A stretch of DNA of 64,000 nucleotides from the NCBI RefSeq assembly GCF_053078305.1, contig NZ_CP166879.1; one strand, written 5' to 3'. Shown one piece after another: positions 22,325 to 32,000 of the stretch. Position 1 is the first letter of the stretch, and the number at the start of each line of letters is the position of its first letter. Both the position numbers and the translations under genes were made by a program. Under the pieces are notes generated by a model. The model had not been told where the DNA came from and ran no database searches. It saw nothing but the letters and a program-made list of their open reading frames with translations.

Positions 22325-24236
22325 TCACTCCTCCGGACAGCTTCGCTGCCAGTTCTTTCAGGGTTGGCCGGGTCGTCTCTTCTTCCCGGGATTTTGCCAG
22401 TACAGCCAGATCAAGCTGCCAGCGTTGCACGGACACACGTAATGCCGCGTAGGCATACACCAGGCAGTCCAGCGCTTCGTTACGCCGCTTTTTGTTATCC
22501 CACAGCAGACGCATCTTTCCTTTTTCCCACTTCTCCACCAGTTCTTCCGCCACCAGTTGCTGCGCCTCTGTCTGCGAAAAAATCTCCGGATCATCAGGAA
22601 AACGGATGGCATACGACGTGGCTTCATCCGCAGGCGTGGGATCGGCTTTCATACGGGCATAGAGAATTTCTTTTGCGGTGTCTGTCCCCACTTCACACAG
22701 ATACACGCCCCGCTGATTGCGGGTTTTTGGCATGGTGATCACCGGCTTGCCATAGACAGATGCGCCTTTTACCGGCAGCACCCGGAAAACACCGTGTTTT
22801 TTTGATCTCTGATAAACAATTTCACCATCGATCCCCCCGGTGTCCCAGCAGACACGGGAAATGGTCATTTCGGTACCGTCTGCATGGCGGTATTTTTTGT
22901 TGATCGCCGCATCCACACGTAACAGCGTCTCTTCCTCATCAGGACGCCCCATAATGATGATTTTATCCACCAGAAAGGCTTCCTCTCCCGGAGCCCATCC
23001 CCAGACATACATCTCAAAACGGTTACGCTGCGAGTCAATGCCCGCCGTCAGATAAACCACCCGGGCAGGCACCGCTGCCGTGTAATGCACGACCTTATCC
23101 ATCAGCACCTGGTGATCGAGTTTTTCGCCCACGGCCTCTTCCCAGGTCTCGCCCAGCGTGGTGTTCACAAAAGTTTTCAGGCCGTTGGGATCTTTCAGTG
23201 CATCCAGCCAGTCATAGACTATCTGTACCCAGGTGGTGAACGGACTGTACGCCGTCCAGATATGGAAAGTGATGGAGCGCGGCGGCGGAATTTCATTACC
23301 CGCAGCGCTGAAAAACGTCAGGCCGTCACGGGTCCACATGCCCGTGTTTTCACAGATCCACCGCCCGTTGCTCTGGTCAAGCTCAGACTGATGGATCACG
23401 CAGCCATGATGTTCACAGAGATAGAAAACGCTTTCGGGGCTGTCCTTCTCCCATTTAAGGCCAAAAGGCGTGGACTCATCGCCAAATTTCAGATACTGCT
23501 CCTCCCCACAGTGCGGGCAGGGCACATAAAAACGCATGAAATGCGCCGACTCGTTGGCCGCTTTTTCGATCTGGCAGGAGCCTTTTATTTTTGGCGTCGA
23601 GCCGCGAATGGATTTTGGCCATACCGAGCCCTCAATACGCTTATCCCCCAGCAGGGTTGGCGAGCCCTCTTTTTCGACATCCGGCTCGAACGAGGAAAGT
23701 TCGTCATAGCAGACCACGTCCACGGATTTTTCACGGTAGTTTTTTGCTGCCGCACCACCCAGGCACCAGAAGCCCACCCCCGATGAAAAGCGTTTCAGCG
23801 TGAGAGTATTGTCACGATGTTTACGACCCAGCCACGGGGAAAGATCTTTCAGGCATGGCACGTCCCGAATCGTCGCCTCCACGTGAGACTTCATAAAATC
23901 TTCAGCGGCAGAATCCGTGGGCTGAAAAAGCAGACTGTTTCGGGATTTATGCTCAATAAAATACCCGACCACCCCCAGCAACATCTTTGTATAGCCAACA
24001 CGGGCAGATTTAATCAGATTAACAGTGCGGATCTGATCATTCCCCATGCTGTTCATGATGGCGATCTGGAATGGCAGCGTTTTCCATTCTCCGTCACCGT
24101 ATGAGGAGTCTTTAGGCAAATAATAATTTTGATCAGCCCATTCAACTGCCGTCATCGGTACAACTCTGACCAGAGGCTGCAGCGCAACCGAAACGGCAGC
24201 CATCATATTATTCAGTTGTTGCTCTGATATATTCAT
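22308..24236 (-). CDS. A: Terminase large subunit A; start trimmed to ATG at 24236
   Basis: MNISEQQ...TAVEWADQNYYLPK...GSVWPKSIRGSTPK...CPHCGEEQYLKFGD... collinear with lambda A. Confidence 0.9.
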   Translation of the reverse strand: MNISEQQLNNMMAAVSVALQPLVRVVPMTAVEWADQNYYLPKDSSYGDGEWKTLPFQIAIMNSMGNDQIRTVNLIKSARVGYTKMLLGVVGYFIEHKSRNSLLFQPTDSAAEDFMKSHVEATIRDVPCLKDLSPWLGRKHRDNTLTLKRFSSGVGFWCLGGAAAKNYREKSVDVVCYDELSSFEPDVEKEGSPTLLGDKRIEGSVWPKSIRGSTPKIKGSCQIEKAANESAHFMRFYVPCPHCGEEQYLKFGDESTPFGLKWEKDSPESVFYLCEHHGCVIHQSELDQSNGRWICENTGMWTRDGLTFFSAAGNEIPPPRSITFHIWTAYSPFTTWVQIVYDWLDALKDPNGLKTFVNTTLGETWEEAVGEKLDHQVLMDKVVHYTAAVPARVVYLTAGIDSQRNRFEMYVWGWAPGEEAFLVDKIIIMGRPDEEETLLRVDAAINKKYRHADGTEMTISRVCWDTGGIDGEIVYQRSKKHGVFRVLPVKGASVYGKPVITMPKTRNQRGVYLCEVGTDTAKEILYARMKADPTPADEATSYAIRFPDDPEIFSQTEAQQLVAEELVEKWEKGKMRLLWDNKKRRNEALDCLVYAYAALRVSVQRWQLDLAVLAKSREEETTRPTLKELAAKLSGGVNGYSR

Positions 24237-24714
24237 CGAGTAAATCCGGTAATTTATCCCCTGCCCGCGCACACTGATTTGCGCCCTTTGCAATAAGGGT
24301 TTTCAGATGGTCAATATGACGTGGCGTTAAATCCGGGAACTGTCGCTGCATGGATAACGGAATGGAATCAAGCGTACTGGACAATGCCATCGCCAGTTTG
24401 CTGAGGGCGAAAACGCAGAAGTCTGAATCGATGAGCTTACCTTCGGTTACCTGATTTTTAAGTTTTTGAGCTACAGCCTGTTCTTCTGTCAGTTCAGCTC
24501 TGGCCCGAAGCAGCCTTTCCTCCAGTTCTCCTCCGTCATCAGGTGTTCTCTGATTGTGTTGTCGCCGCTCGCGATCTATCTCCAGTACAGTTTTAACGTC
24601 ATATAAAACTTCCCTCCCCCGACGTTCAACAGGAGGAACGCCCCATTTATCAAATGCCTGAACAGAGATACCGATGGAGGAGGCCATATCACTTTTATTC
24701 AATAAAAAGGCCAT
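24208..24714 (-). CDS. nu1: Terminase small subunit Nu1; start trimmed to ATG at 24714
   Basis: ...VLYD...LPLSMQRQFPDLTPRHIDHLK... matches lambda Nu1 C-terminal half; immediately downstream of cos. Confidence 0.8.
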   Translation of the reverse strand: MAFLLNKSDMASSIGISVQAFDKWGVPPVERRGREVLYDVKTVLEIDRERRQHNQRTPDDGGELEERLLRARAELTEEQAVAQKLKNQVTEGKLIDSDFCVFALSKLAMALSSTLDSIPLSMQRQFPDLTPRHIDHLKTLIAKGANQCARAGDKLPDLLDEYIRATTE

Positions 24715-24930
24715 CTCCTCTCCATAAGTCATCGATAAAAAGCGAAACAACAACCATGTGTTTTTGCAAAACCATTTGATATCATTGACATTTTTCGCAT
24801 TGACGACATCAAAACACATCGTAAGGTTGTTGTATTGATTTTATTTTCACCTTACTTATCAAGTAGATATACCAAACAATTAAACAACAACCACCCCCTC
24901 AAAAAATCTCATAAATAGTGAAAACGCGCG

Positions 24931-24942
24931 AGGTCGCCGCCC
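24931..24942 (-). other. cosN cohesive-end sequence (GGGCGGCGACCT on minus strand)
   Basis: rc of 24911-24942 = GGGCGGCGACCTCGCGCGTTTTCACTATTTAT, near-identical to the lambda left end. Confidence 0.85.
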
Positions 24943-25201
24943 CGTAACGGGTCCATATGCCGGAAAGGACCCGAGAAAATGATAATGATTATCAGTTGCA
25001 ACAAAATCCAGTTTCTTCCACCATCGCACCGGACCAGCGACCATGAGGGGACAACGCCGCGCTCCGTTAACGCGGTAAACCCCGGTGTGTATCGTTTTTG
25101 ATTATCCCCGCACACTCGCGCAGAGGAGTCTCCCTGTCGGGCTGCGGTCTCTGTTAATGCAGGAATACGGCGACAATACCGCGCATGGATAATAAGGTCG
25201 C

Positions 25202-25426
25202 TCAACACACTGGCTGTAATGCAGCCGATACCATGCGGCATTTAGCTGCATTCATCGTACACTCAACGGTTAGCTCTTCATTCGTGGCATTCACCTGAAA
25301 GGTCCGGGAGTGTAATTGCGTACATTTACCACTGAACGAACCTTCAACAAGAACACGACCACACTGCAAAATACGGAACGGAATTGTTCCCTGAAAAGGC
25401 TTTACGGTTACCAGTAATTTCTTCAT
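25202..25426 (-). CDS. Hypothetical 74-aa protein between Rz and cos
   Basis: MKKLLVTVKPFQGTIPFRILQCGRV...; GGAG RBS 5 nt upstream of ATG at 25426. Confidence 0.4.
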   Translation of the reverse strand: MKKLLVTVKPFQGTIPFRILQCGRVLVEGSFSGKCTQLHSRTFQVNATNEELTVECTMNAAKCRMVSAALQPVC

Positions 25427-25449
25427 GCATTCTCCGGATAACAAAAATA

Positions 25450-25917
25450 CTAGTTAATACACTGAGTGCGGATATATTCCTTCGCCCCTTCCAGCTGCTT
25501 CTGCATTGTCATCAACCGTTCTCTGAGGATGAAATAATCCCGTTCAGCGGTGTCTGCCAGTCGGGGGCCGGTTGCATTATCCACGCCGGAGGTGGTGGGG
25601 GCTTCACGCACGGAGCCTGGACAGGTGGCTTTAACCCGCAGGCGCTTACGACCAGCGGCAACATCAGCACGCAGAGTTTCATTTTCAGCTCTCGCATCGG
25701 CTAATTCCCTCGAGTATTTAGCATCGAGCGCAGCAACATCGCGCTGGCGCTGCTGCATATCAGTAATGGTTGCGTTTGCCAGCTCCAGCTCTCTGGCTTT
25801 TTTATCGCGCTGCGCTTTGTAGGTGATGGCGTTATCGCGGTAATGATTCAGCCCCAGACTAAGCGCACCACAGGCCACCAGCAGGACAATAATCACCACA
25901 CACAGAACACGGTTCAT
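25450..25917 (-). CDS. Rz: i-spanin Rz
   Basis: ...[45 protein letters not shown]... matches lambda Rz. Confidence 0.9.
   Translation of the reverse strand: MNRVLCVVIIVLLVACGALSLGLNHYRDNAITYKAQRDKKARELELANATITDMQQRQRDVAALDAKYSRELADARAENETLRADVAAGRKRLRVKATCPGSVREAPTTSGVDNATGPRLADTAERDYFILRERLMTMQKQLEGAKEYIRTQCIN
25512..25697 (-). CDS. Rz1: o-spanin Rz1 lipoprotein, embedded in +1 frame of Rz
   Basis: ...[27 protein letters not shown]... matches lambda Rz1; lipobox VSAC. Confidence 0.85.
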   Translation of the reverse strand: MRELKMKLCVLMLPLVVSACGLKPPVQAPCVKPPPPPAWIMQPAPDWQTPLNGIISSSENG

Positions 25918-26849
25918 ATCACCACCATTTCACTGTTTTCTTTTTCCAGACGTTTTTTTGCAACAGCGAAATACCGGTCATCCTTTTCTATTCCGGTAAA
26001 CCGTCTCCCCGTCCGGATACATGCAACACCTGTTGAACCACTCCCCATAGTAAAATCCAGTACCCTGTCGCCAGGGTTGCTGTACGTCTGAATCAGCTCT
26101 TCCAGTAATGCAACTGGCTTCTGGGTCGGATGCCATCGCTCCCGCTCCCGCGCGTACTCCAGAATATTTGCGCGGTATTTTTTCCCCTGAGGGAGATTAA
26201 AAACCACAGTGCCGTAACCGGAATTCACTTTGCACATTTCTTCATATGTCATGAAACCCGGCATACGGTCGATACCAAAGCGTTTAATTAACTCGTTGTA
26301 CGTATCCTGTGAGCAGAGGGAAAACTGGACTGTGTTCACGCGAAAAAAATGCTCTGCCCGACAGTGCCCCAGTGTTTTGTTAACTTCCTTGTCTGTCCTG
26401 TGGCCAATGAAAGAAAGGATATTTCGGGCGTACTCCCTCAGCGGGTGGTTTTTCTCACTGTCATATTTTTTCCGGAAAACAACGATATCCTCGAATAAAG
26501 ATACAGGTGCTTTTTTTACTGAAAGCGGGTTGGGGAAATGCTCCTTCTTCCACACCATACGATATAAAAACGGCAGGTTTTTATCCGCCAGAGTAATCAT
26601 CGTGCTTGTATGCGGCTCCTGGCTGAACATGACCAGCACACCGCCCACCCTCAGCAGTCGTTCGCACTGTGTGAAAATATCTTCAGGATTTAAGGCATCG
26701 TCCCATGCTGTCGTACTCTTATCCCATGTACGGAGTGTAAGCCCTTTAATGGTTCCATACGGCGGGTCACATAAAACCAGGTCAACACTTCCCGGTAGTA
26801 ATGAAGGCATAACATCAAGACAGTCACCGGAATACAGTACACATTTCAT
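25914..26849 (-). CDS. DNA methyltransferase, beta-class (DPPY, N6-adenine or N4-cytosine); stop overlaps Rz start
   Basis: [10 protein letters not shown] near N-terminus; HPTQKP and FTMGSGSTG (SAM-binding) near C-terminus; ATGA overlap with Rz. Confidence 0.75.
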   Translation of the reverse strand: MKCVLYSGDCLDVMPSLLPGSVDLVLCDPPYGTIKGLTLRTWDKSTTAWDDALNPEDIFTQCERLLRVGGVLVMFSQEPHTSTMITLADKNLPFLYRMVWKKEHFPNPLSVKKAPVSLFEDIVVFRKKYDSEKNHPLREYARNILSFIGHRTDKEVNKTLGHCRAEHFFRVNTVQFSLCSQDTYNELIKRFGIDRMPGFMTYEEMCKVNSGYGTVVFNLPQGKKYRANILEYARERERWHPTQKPVALLEELIQTYSNPGDRVLDFTMGSGSTGVACIRTGRRFTGIEKDDRYFAVAKKRLEKENSEMVVI

Positions 26850-26856
26850 GTTTCTG

Positions 26857-26988
26857 TCACCCCACCAGCCCTGACAGAGTTAAGACGCGCCAGGCAGTGG
26901 AAAAGCAAATAGCAACCAGCATTAGTGAAAATGAAATGCCGACGATTACACAGAGGATCTTCGCCAGCATTATGAGTTTGTCTGACAT
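26857..26988 (-). CDS. Small single-pass membrane peptide (43 aa)
   Basis: MSDKLIMLAKILCVIVGISFSLMLVAICF...; GGGAGG RBS; ends 5 nt before the MTase start. Confidence 0.45.
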   Translation of the reverse strand: MSDKLIMLAKILCVIVGISFSLMLVAICFSTAWRVLTLSGLVG

Positions 26989-27002
26989 GTTTAATCCTCC
27001 CT

Positions 27003-27185
27003 TCACGATTTCAACGCAATGACCAGTTTTGCCAGCCCATACAGCATCGGAGACACAGCGATACCGACCGCCACCCACTTAATAGCAAAAGCCAGTGCTC
27101 TGCTGATGTCATCAGTTACTGGCGCTTTCAGTTCAAGGCCGTTTTTCATAGTCAACCTCAACAGAATTCGTTTATACTTTTCCAT
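27003..27185 (-). CDS. Small membrane protein (60 aa from ATG 27185; track ORF uses GTG at 27218)
   Basis: MEKYKRILLRLTMKNGLELKAPV...IKWVAVGIAVSPMLYGLAKLVIALKS; GGGAG RBS; C-terminal TM helix. Confidence 0.45.
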   Translation of the reverse strand: MEKYKRILLRLTMKNGLELKAPVTDDISRALAFAIKWVAVGIAVSPMLYGLAKLVIALKS

Positions 27186-27227
27186 GTTCTCCCTTGCCTT
27201 ATCCAAGGTCAGAAACACAAAACCCCG

Positions 27228-27256
27228 CTTGCTGCCAACAAACGGGGTTTTTACTT
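27228..27256. terminator. Bidirectional hairpin terminator between endolysin and downstream insert
   Basis: aaaaccccg...cggggttttt with A-run and T-run flanks. Confidence 0.5.
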
Positions 27257-27341
27257 TTATTCACTTACATTTTGCCAGTTCGCAGGATTTCGTGTTATCC
27301 GTCCATGTAAGCAAACCTCATTTTTCAGCAAAATATTCTGC

Positions 27342-27875
27342 TTATCTGTCGATTTCCCAGCACGCCAGCGCGCTCTCCTGGTCTCTCCGGGATACCTGAC
27401 CGTAACAGTTATTTGAGCGAATACGGCAGTCTCTGCCACCGTCCTTAATCCACCAGCGAATCGCCTCACACGCTCCCCTGCGATCGCCTGCATTAATTCG
27501 TTTATAAAACGTCGACGGGAAACACTTACCTGGGCCAATGTTGTAAGGACAGAATGACGCGATCCCCGCTTTCTGGGGTTCAGTCAGTGGCACTTTGATG
27601 TTTTTCGCCACCCATGCCAGCGCCTTATCACGTTCAATGGCGTTAACCTGGTCGCATTTTTCCTTCGACAGCTTCATGCCAGGGACGACAGGCTTACCAT
27701 CCACCCGGGTGGCACCACGGCAGATGGTCCAGATACCCGCACCATCACGGTATGCCGTGCTGTGGTTACCTTCTTTTTCGTCAAGAAACTGGTCGAGGAT
27801 TTCAGGCGCAGGCGCACCTGCGGCAATCAGCGCCAGAACAGCAGCTGACAGGCCGTATTTGATTTTTGCGTTCAT
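27342..27875 (-). CDS. R: SAR endolysin (phage lysozyme with N-terminal signal-anchor-release domain)
   Basis: N-terminal weakly hydrophobic Gly/Ala-rich TM (LSAAVLALIAAGAPAPE) then lysozyme-like body; pinholin partner upstream. Confidence 0.8.
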   Translation of the reverse strand: MNAKIKYGLSAAVLALIAAGAPAPEILDQFLDEKEGNHSTAYRDGAGIWTICRGATRVDGKPVVPGMKLSKEKCDQVNAIERDKALAWVAKNIKVPLTEPQKAGIASFCPYNIGPGKCFPSTFYKRINAGDRRGACEAIRWWIKDGGRDCRIRSNNCYGQVSRRDQESALACWEIDR

Positions 27876-27911
27876 GTATATATTAAATATTCAGCCGCTG
27901 TCCCTGGCCCA

Positions 27912-28898
27912 CTAAATACGCACTTTAAGATAAGTCAGCCCCGGCTGGATCCAGCCATCAGGCTCTTTCTTAAAGGGTGGCGTATTGAAATCACAAAGAA
28001 GAGCCTCCCGCACCGCAGCATCCCTGTCTGCACCACTGGCAAGTGCTTCAATCTCTGCCGCCAGCTGCAGATATCCCATGCAGCGACCAATGCGCTTCAT
28101 CAGCCCCTGTTTTTTATTGTTCTTCAGGTAATCAATGGCAAATTCAATGAGCGTCTCACTGTGCTGGTGCGATGGCGGTGTTACTTTTCCATTTTCTGAT
28201 ATGGTGATTTTCCCGTCATCACCGGATACAACAAAGGATGGCCGGTTACACTCCCGTTCCTGGTTTTTGTCCGACACAGGCACAGTAAAATCACTTTCAT
28301 GCCCGTTTTTACGACAGTCCTCGCCACGTACCGCAGCAAATACCGACAAGGCATACTCCTTTGCTCTCGCTTCATAGTCGCTGAATGTTGTTTTCGGATC
28401 GTAGTCTTCCCTGTACATAACCGACAGAACTTCCTCATGATCAATATGAACACTGACCACGCTGCCTATTCTTTTGGTCAGCACAAGACGAGAATCTTCC
28501 CCGACTTTCACTCCTGGTGTCACACGTGCCGGAAGCTCCACATTAACCATCGCGCTCTGCACATCATCAGGCGCATTTTTTACCGGTTCGTTGACCTTTT
28601 CACGCCCCGGGTAAGTGGCGATTTTTTCCGGCATTGTCCATGAAGAAATATTCTGAAAGCCACATCGCGCAGTCCCTTCGCGTAATCCGAGAGCCGCATC
28701 CATGAAAAACTGCTTCGCCTGTTTTTTCGCCTCAGCTTCGTAAAATTCCAGCGTGGCACCTTCAGTACGGTCAAGACTAATCGCCACATATGGCGACAAC
28801 AACGACGGCTGACCGGCAATTTCCAGTGCCACCGTAACAGTTATCTTATCCGGGTAATGATTTATCCCTTTTACAACCAGTTCATATTTGTTATTCAT
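27912..28898 (-). CDS. Unknown 328-aa protein inserted between holin and endolysin
   Basis: MNNKYELVVKGINHYPDKITVTVALEIAG...; GGGGAGAG RBS; start 5 nt after S stop; no TM or signal peptide; no motif I can assign. Confidence 0.7.
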   Translation of the reverse strand: MNNKYELVVKGINHYPDKITVTVALEIAGQPSLLSPYVAISLDRTEGATLEFYEAEAKKQAKQFFMDAALGLREGTARCGFQNISSWTMPEKIATYPGREKVNEPVKNAPDDVQSAMVNVELPARVTPGVKVGEDSRLVLTKRIGSVVSVHIDHEEVLSVMYREDYDPKTTFSDYEARAKEYALSVFAAVRGEDCRKNGHESDFTVPVSDKNQERECNRPSFVVSGDDGKITISENGKVTPPSHQHSETLIEFAIDYLKNNKKQGLMKRIGRCMGYLQLAAEIEALASGADRDAAVREALLCDFNTPPFKKEPDGWIQPGLTYLKVRI

Positions 28899-28902
28899 CG
28901 CT

Positions 28903-29118
28903 TTACTCTCCCCGGGCCGCCTTACGCCGGTCTTCTCTGATTTTAAAATACAGGTTCGTCAGGTATGTCAGCAGACCAAACAGCAGACTCCCCAGCACGC
29001 CTATTGCCGCCCACTGAGACGGGGAAACCCTGTCCAGCAACTGCAGGAACCAGTAGCCCGTTCCCACCGCTGACGTGGTGTATGACACACCTGTTGTGAT
29101 TTTTTCCATCTGGTACAT
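28903..29118 (-). CDS. S: Class II pinholin (phage 21 S-like), dual-start motif MYQMEK
   Basis: ...[51 protein letters not shown] matches S21; GGGAGACGGGG RBS. Confidence 0.85.
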   Translation of the reverse strand: MYQMEKITTGVSYTTSAVGTGYWFLQLLDRVSPSQWAAIGVLGSLLFGLLTYLTNLYFKIREDRRKAARGE

Positions 29119-29194
29119 ACCCCGTCTCCCGCAATCCGGAAGCTCACAACAATATAAAGACCACCGGCACACACCGATGGTCCCTTGCGCATGC

Positions 29195-29440
29195 TTACAT
29201 CATCATGTCGCTGTCAGGTGTGGGTTCACCGCCATCTGAAGCACTCCCCTCACCCGCAATGCCTTCCGGCTCCGGAACTGCCGGTGCGCCCAGCAGTTCA
29301 TCCAGAATGGCATCCACTTCTGCATCAAGACGCGCCTCAAGGTTCTGGCGGAGTTTCTGTTTCAGTGCGCTCAGGACTTCTTCAGAGCGCAGGACTTCCT
29401 TCACTGCCTCTGCAGTGACCAGGGATGTAATTTCTGACAT
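29195..29440 (-). CDS. Hypothetical acidic 81-aa protein
   Basis: [30 protein letters not shown]... from internal ATG of track ORF 29195-29614. Confidence 0.4.
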   Translation of the reverse strand: MSEITSLVTAEAVKEVLRSEEVLSALKQKLRQNLEARLDAEVDAILDELLGAPAVPEPEGIAGEGSASDGGEPTPDSDMMM

Positions 29441-29480
29441 GGGATTTTCTCGTCGAAAGGTGTGATTAAGAAAGTTGCAG

Positions 29481-29660
29481 CTAAATGAGCGGCTCTTCGG
29501 GTTTGCTTCCGGCTGACTGACTGGCGCTGATTTTCTCTGCGGCCCTTTTATCAATCTGCCTGCGCCAGAAATCGCGCACTGCCCTGTACCCACCCGAAAG
29601 AAGATACAGCACACAGACCGCCGTACAGAAGTACAGCATCACCTGATGAATAAATGTCAT
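29481..29660 (-). CDS. Hypothetical small membrane protein (59 aa), not in ORF track
   Basis: Own translation MTFIHQVMLYFCTAVCVLYLLSGGYRAVRDFWRRQIDKRAAEKISASQSAGSKPEEPLI. Confidence 0.4.
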   Translation of the reverse strand: MTFIHQVMLYFCTAVCVLYLLSGGYRAVRDFWRRQIDKRAAEKISASQSAGSKPEEPLI

Positions 29661-29798
29661 AATTTCTTACCGTTATGGTTGACAATAAAAACTGTTTTCA
29701 TTTAAAAAACAACCGATGTACGAAAGCATCTTTTCTTTACATTCTCCATTGGGATTACCTCCGCCAGCTTCCATTCCTGCCGCTGGCGGCTTTTTTTA

Positions 29799-31766
29799 TC
29801 ATGCCGCGACGTCCGCGTTGTTCACTTCCACCTTCACACTGTCAATCAGCAGCGTATATGCCGCCGCCTTTGATATGTCTGTCAGTTGCAGTTTGTCCGC
29901 CGACCCTGATGCCGGAGATTTCACCAGTGTGAACGGTGTACCCCGTTTCTCATCCAGTACCGGCATCACCTGAATGCTGTTGTTTCCGGCAAACTCAAAA
30001 GCCAGTGTGTGCCATCCGTTATCAAAGACCCCGAACGTATCCAGCTTCGCATTCTGCTTCTTGTGGTACATCGCGTTCAGGTTCGTCGCATCCGTCTGCA
30101 GGAAGAAGGACATCAGCATGTCGTTGCCTTCCTCTGACAGCGTCACTCCCTCCGGCAGGGACGGCAACTGCCAGTAAATACCCAGGGCAAACTGATTCGG
30201 CACCAGTGCGCCCGGCACCTTAAACCGCACGCTCACACGTCCGCCTTTCTTCAGCAACTCTGCTCCCTGCCCGGCGGCATCATGCTCCAGAAACCAGATG
30301 TGGCTTTCCGGTTTGTTCAGTTGCAGGGCCTTACCACCGGTGGCACCCTCATCACTGACCACAGCCTCAGCGATGTTTTTATCAACACTGTCTCCGCTCG
30401 CCGGTTTGTGATAATAGCGCCAGCCCTGTGATGCCAGGTCTTCACCGGACGCCAGCAGACTCATCAGGGTTCGGTTACTGACCGGGGCTTCCGGCTCTCT
30501 CTCCGGGCCTTCACCGGAAGGTCCGGTGGGCTTCACCGTATCAGGCTGTTTTCCGGTAATGAATTCAGCGGTTCTCCCGGCATGCACCAGAATCGCCGTT
30601 GCCAGACGGTCGGAAATAATCCCACGGCGTGCCCAGGTGCTGAAATGGCTGGCCCTGTCCACAGATGTCCAGGTCTTCTGGTCATTACGCCACTTTGAAC
30701 CGTAATAACCGACGGCTTCCAGGTCCGGGTCTTCTGCCGGGTCATTGGTCTGCACATTCGCACCATTCTCATCCGTCATTAACGGTACAAAGAAAATGTT
30801 CTGCGACTCCTTACCCTTATACCCTCCGTATACTGATGCATACCCTTCCGCATGACGCTGCTTCCAGAAATACGTTGTGTCCCCGCAAATCCACGGTACC
30901 GTTGATGCGCTGCCTCCTGTGCACTGTGATGCCTGACCGGCAAGGTCCGTTCTGAACTGATTCACCATCGCACTAAACAGCCCCGGATGCTGCGCATGCG
31001 TCCCCACTGCCGCATCACCTTCTCCCTGCATCCACACCACCGCAAGCAGACGGTTTTTCGGGTTCTTCGCCAGTGCGGCTTTAGTCCGGCTCACCAAATC
31101 CTGATACAGCGGCTTACCCACACCCCAGCGCAGTGAATTTTCCGATGCACCGGCTGATTCGCTGTATGTGCCGTCTGCACCCGTTGTGAATGCCGAAGCA
31201 CCACGGCAGCACGGAACCAGCAAAATGCCCGCATTCGCCGGTATAAACGGCAGCAGTTTTTTGGCGATATGCAGCCCCTGCCCCACGGTTCCGTACTGCC
31301 CCTTTGACAGGTCCGCTTTCGGATGGTTAAGACGGCTCATGTCCTGCACATCATGCAGACAATGGTCCGCCGGAATAATGTCGTTATACTTACAGGCGGC
31401 ACCGCCCGGTGTCACCGTACTGCGACGCGCCAGCTGCTTAATACGCGGGTCCGGACGGTCATATGTCTCCGGCAGCGGAAGGCCTTCACCATACGACATG
31501 CCGTTTGACTGCCCCGCCAGAACAACAACAAAGTAATACTCCGGTTCGCTGGTGGCGCTGATAACTGTGCCTTCTCCATCCGACGGCTTCACCACCACAG
31601 GTGTGGTGACATCACCTTCCGCCGCAATAGCCTGCATCAGGGTATAAGGCGTGATGGCCACCGGACTGCCAAATGGCTGCCACCCCTCCTTCAGTTTTTG
31701 AGTCAGTCGCTCCGCAAGGTCTGACGGCGACGCCGCCCTGACCACGTCATAGTGTTTAAATGCCAT
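29799..31766 (-). CDS. nanS-p: NanS-p-like sialate O-acetylesterase (DUF1737 N-terminus + SASA/SGNH domain)
   Basis: VVLAGQSNGMSYG catalytic-Ser motif; 655 aa; occupies the position seen downstream of stx in Stx phages. Confidence 0.7.
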   Translation of the reverse strand: MAFKHYDVVRAASPSDLAERLTQKLKEGWQPFGSPVAITPYTLMQAIAAEGDVTTPVVVKPSDGEGTVISATSEPEYYFVVVLAGQSNGMSYGEGLPLPETYDRPDPRIKQLARRSTVTPGGAACKYNDIIPADHCLHDVQDMSRLNHPKADLSKGQYGTVGQGLHIAKKLLPFIPANAGILLVPCCRGASAFTTGADGTYSESAGASENSLRWGVGKPLYQDLVSRTKAALAKNPKNRLLAVVWMQGEGDAAVGTHAQHPGLFSAMVNQFRTDLAGQASQCTGGSASTVPWICGDTTYFWKQRHAEGYASVYGGYKGKESQNIFFVPLMTDENGANVQTNDPAEDPDLEAVGYYGSKWRNDQKTWTSVDRASHFSTWARRGIISDRLATAILVHAGRTAEFITGKQPDTVKPTGPSGEGPEREPEAPVSNRTLMSLLASGEDLASQGWRYYHKPASGDSVDKNIAEAVVSDEGATGGKALQLNKPESHIWFLEHDAAGQGAELLKKGGRVSVRFKVPGALVPNQFALGIYWQLPSLPEGVTLSEEGNDMLMSFFLQTDATNLNAMYHKKQNAKLDTFGVFDNGWHTLAFEFAGNNSIQVMPVLDEKRGTPFTLVKSPASGSADKLQLTDISKAAAYTLLIDSVKVEVNNADVAA

Positions 31767-31963
31767 GAATCCTCCCGGTCGGGATAATGTTGTGAGTCAG
31801 ATAAGGGGCGGGCTGAAGTCCGGAAGTTACAGGACAATGGCAGGAGGAAGACTACAGCCCGCAATACGAAAAAGGCCGCGCAGTTGCGCAGAGTGATTAC
31901 TGTCGGGTATTATTCGCCAGCTGAAAAATTGATTACTTCACGTTTTGTTGTTTATTCCTTGCT

Positions 31964-31993
31964 GCCCGCATCTCACCATGCGGGCTTTTTTTA
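31964..31993 (+). terminator. Rho-independent terminator on + strand
   Basis: cccgcat-ctcacc-atgcggg hairpin followed by cttttttta. Confidence 0.5.
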
Positions 31994-32000
31994 TCCATAA

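Noticed and set aside
24909-25241. 110-aa minus-strand ORF
   Set aside because: Spans the cos site and non-coding DNA, no RBS, atypical composition.
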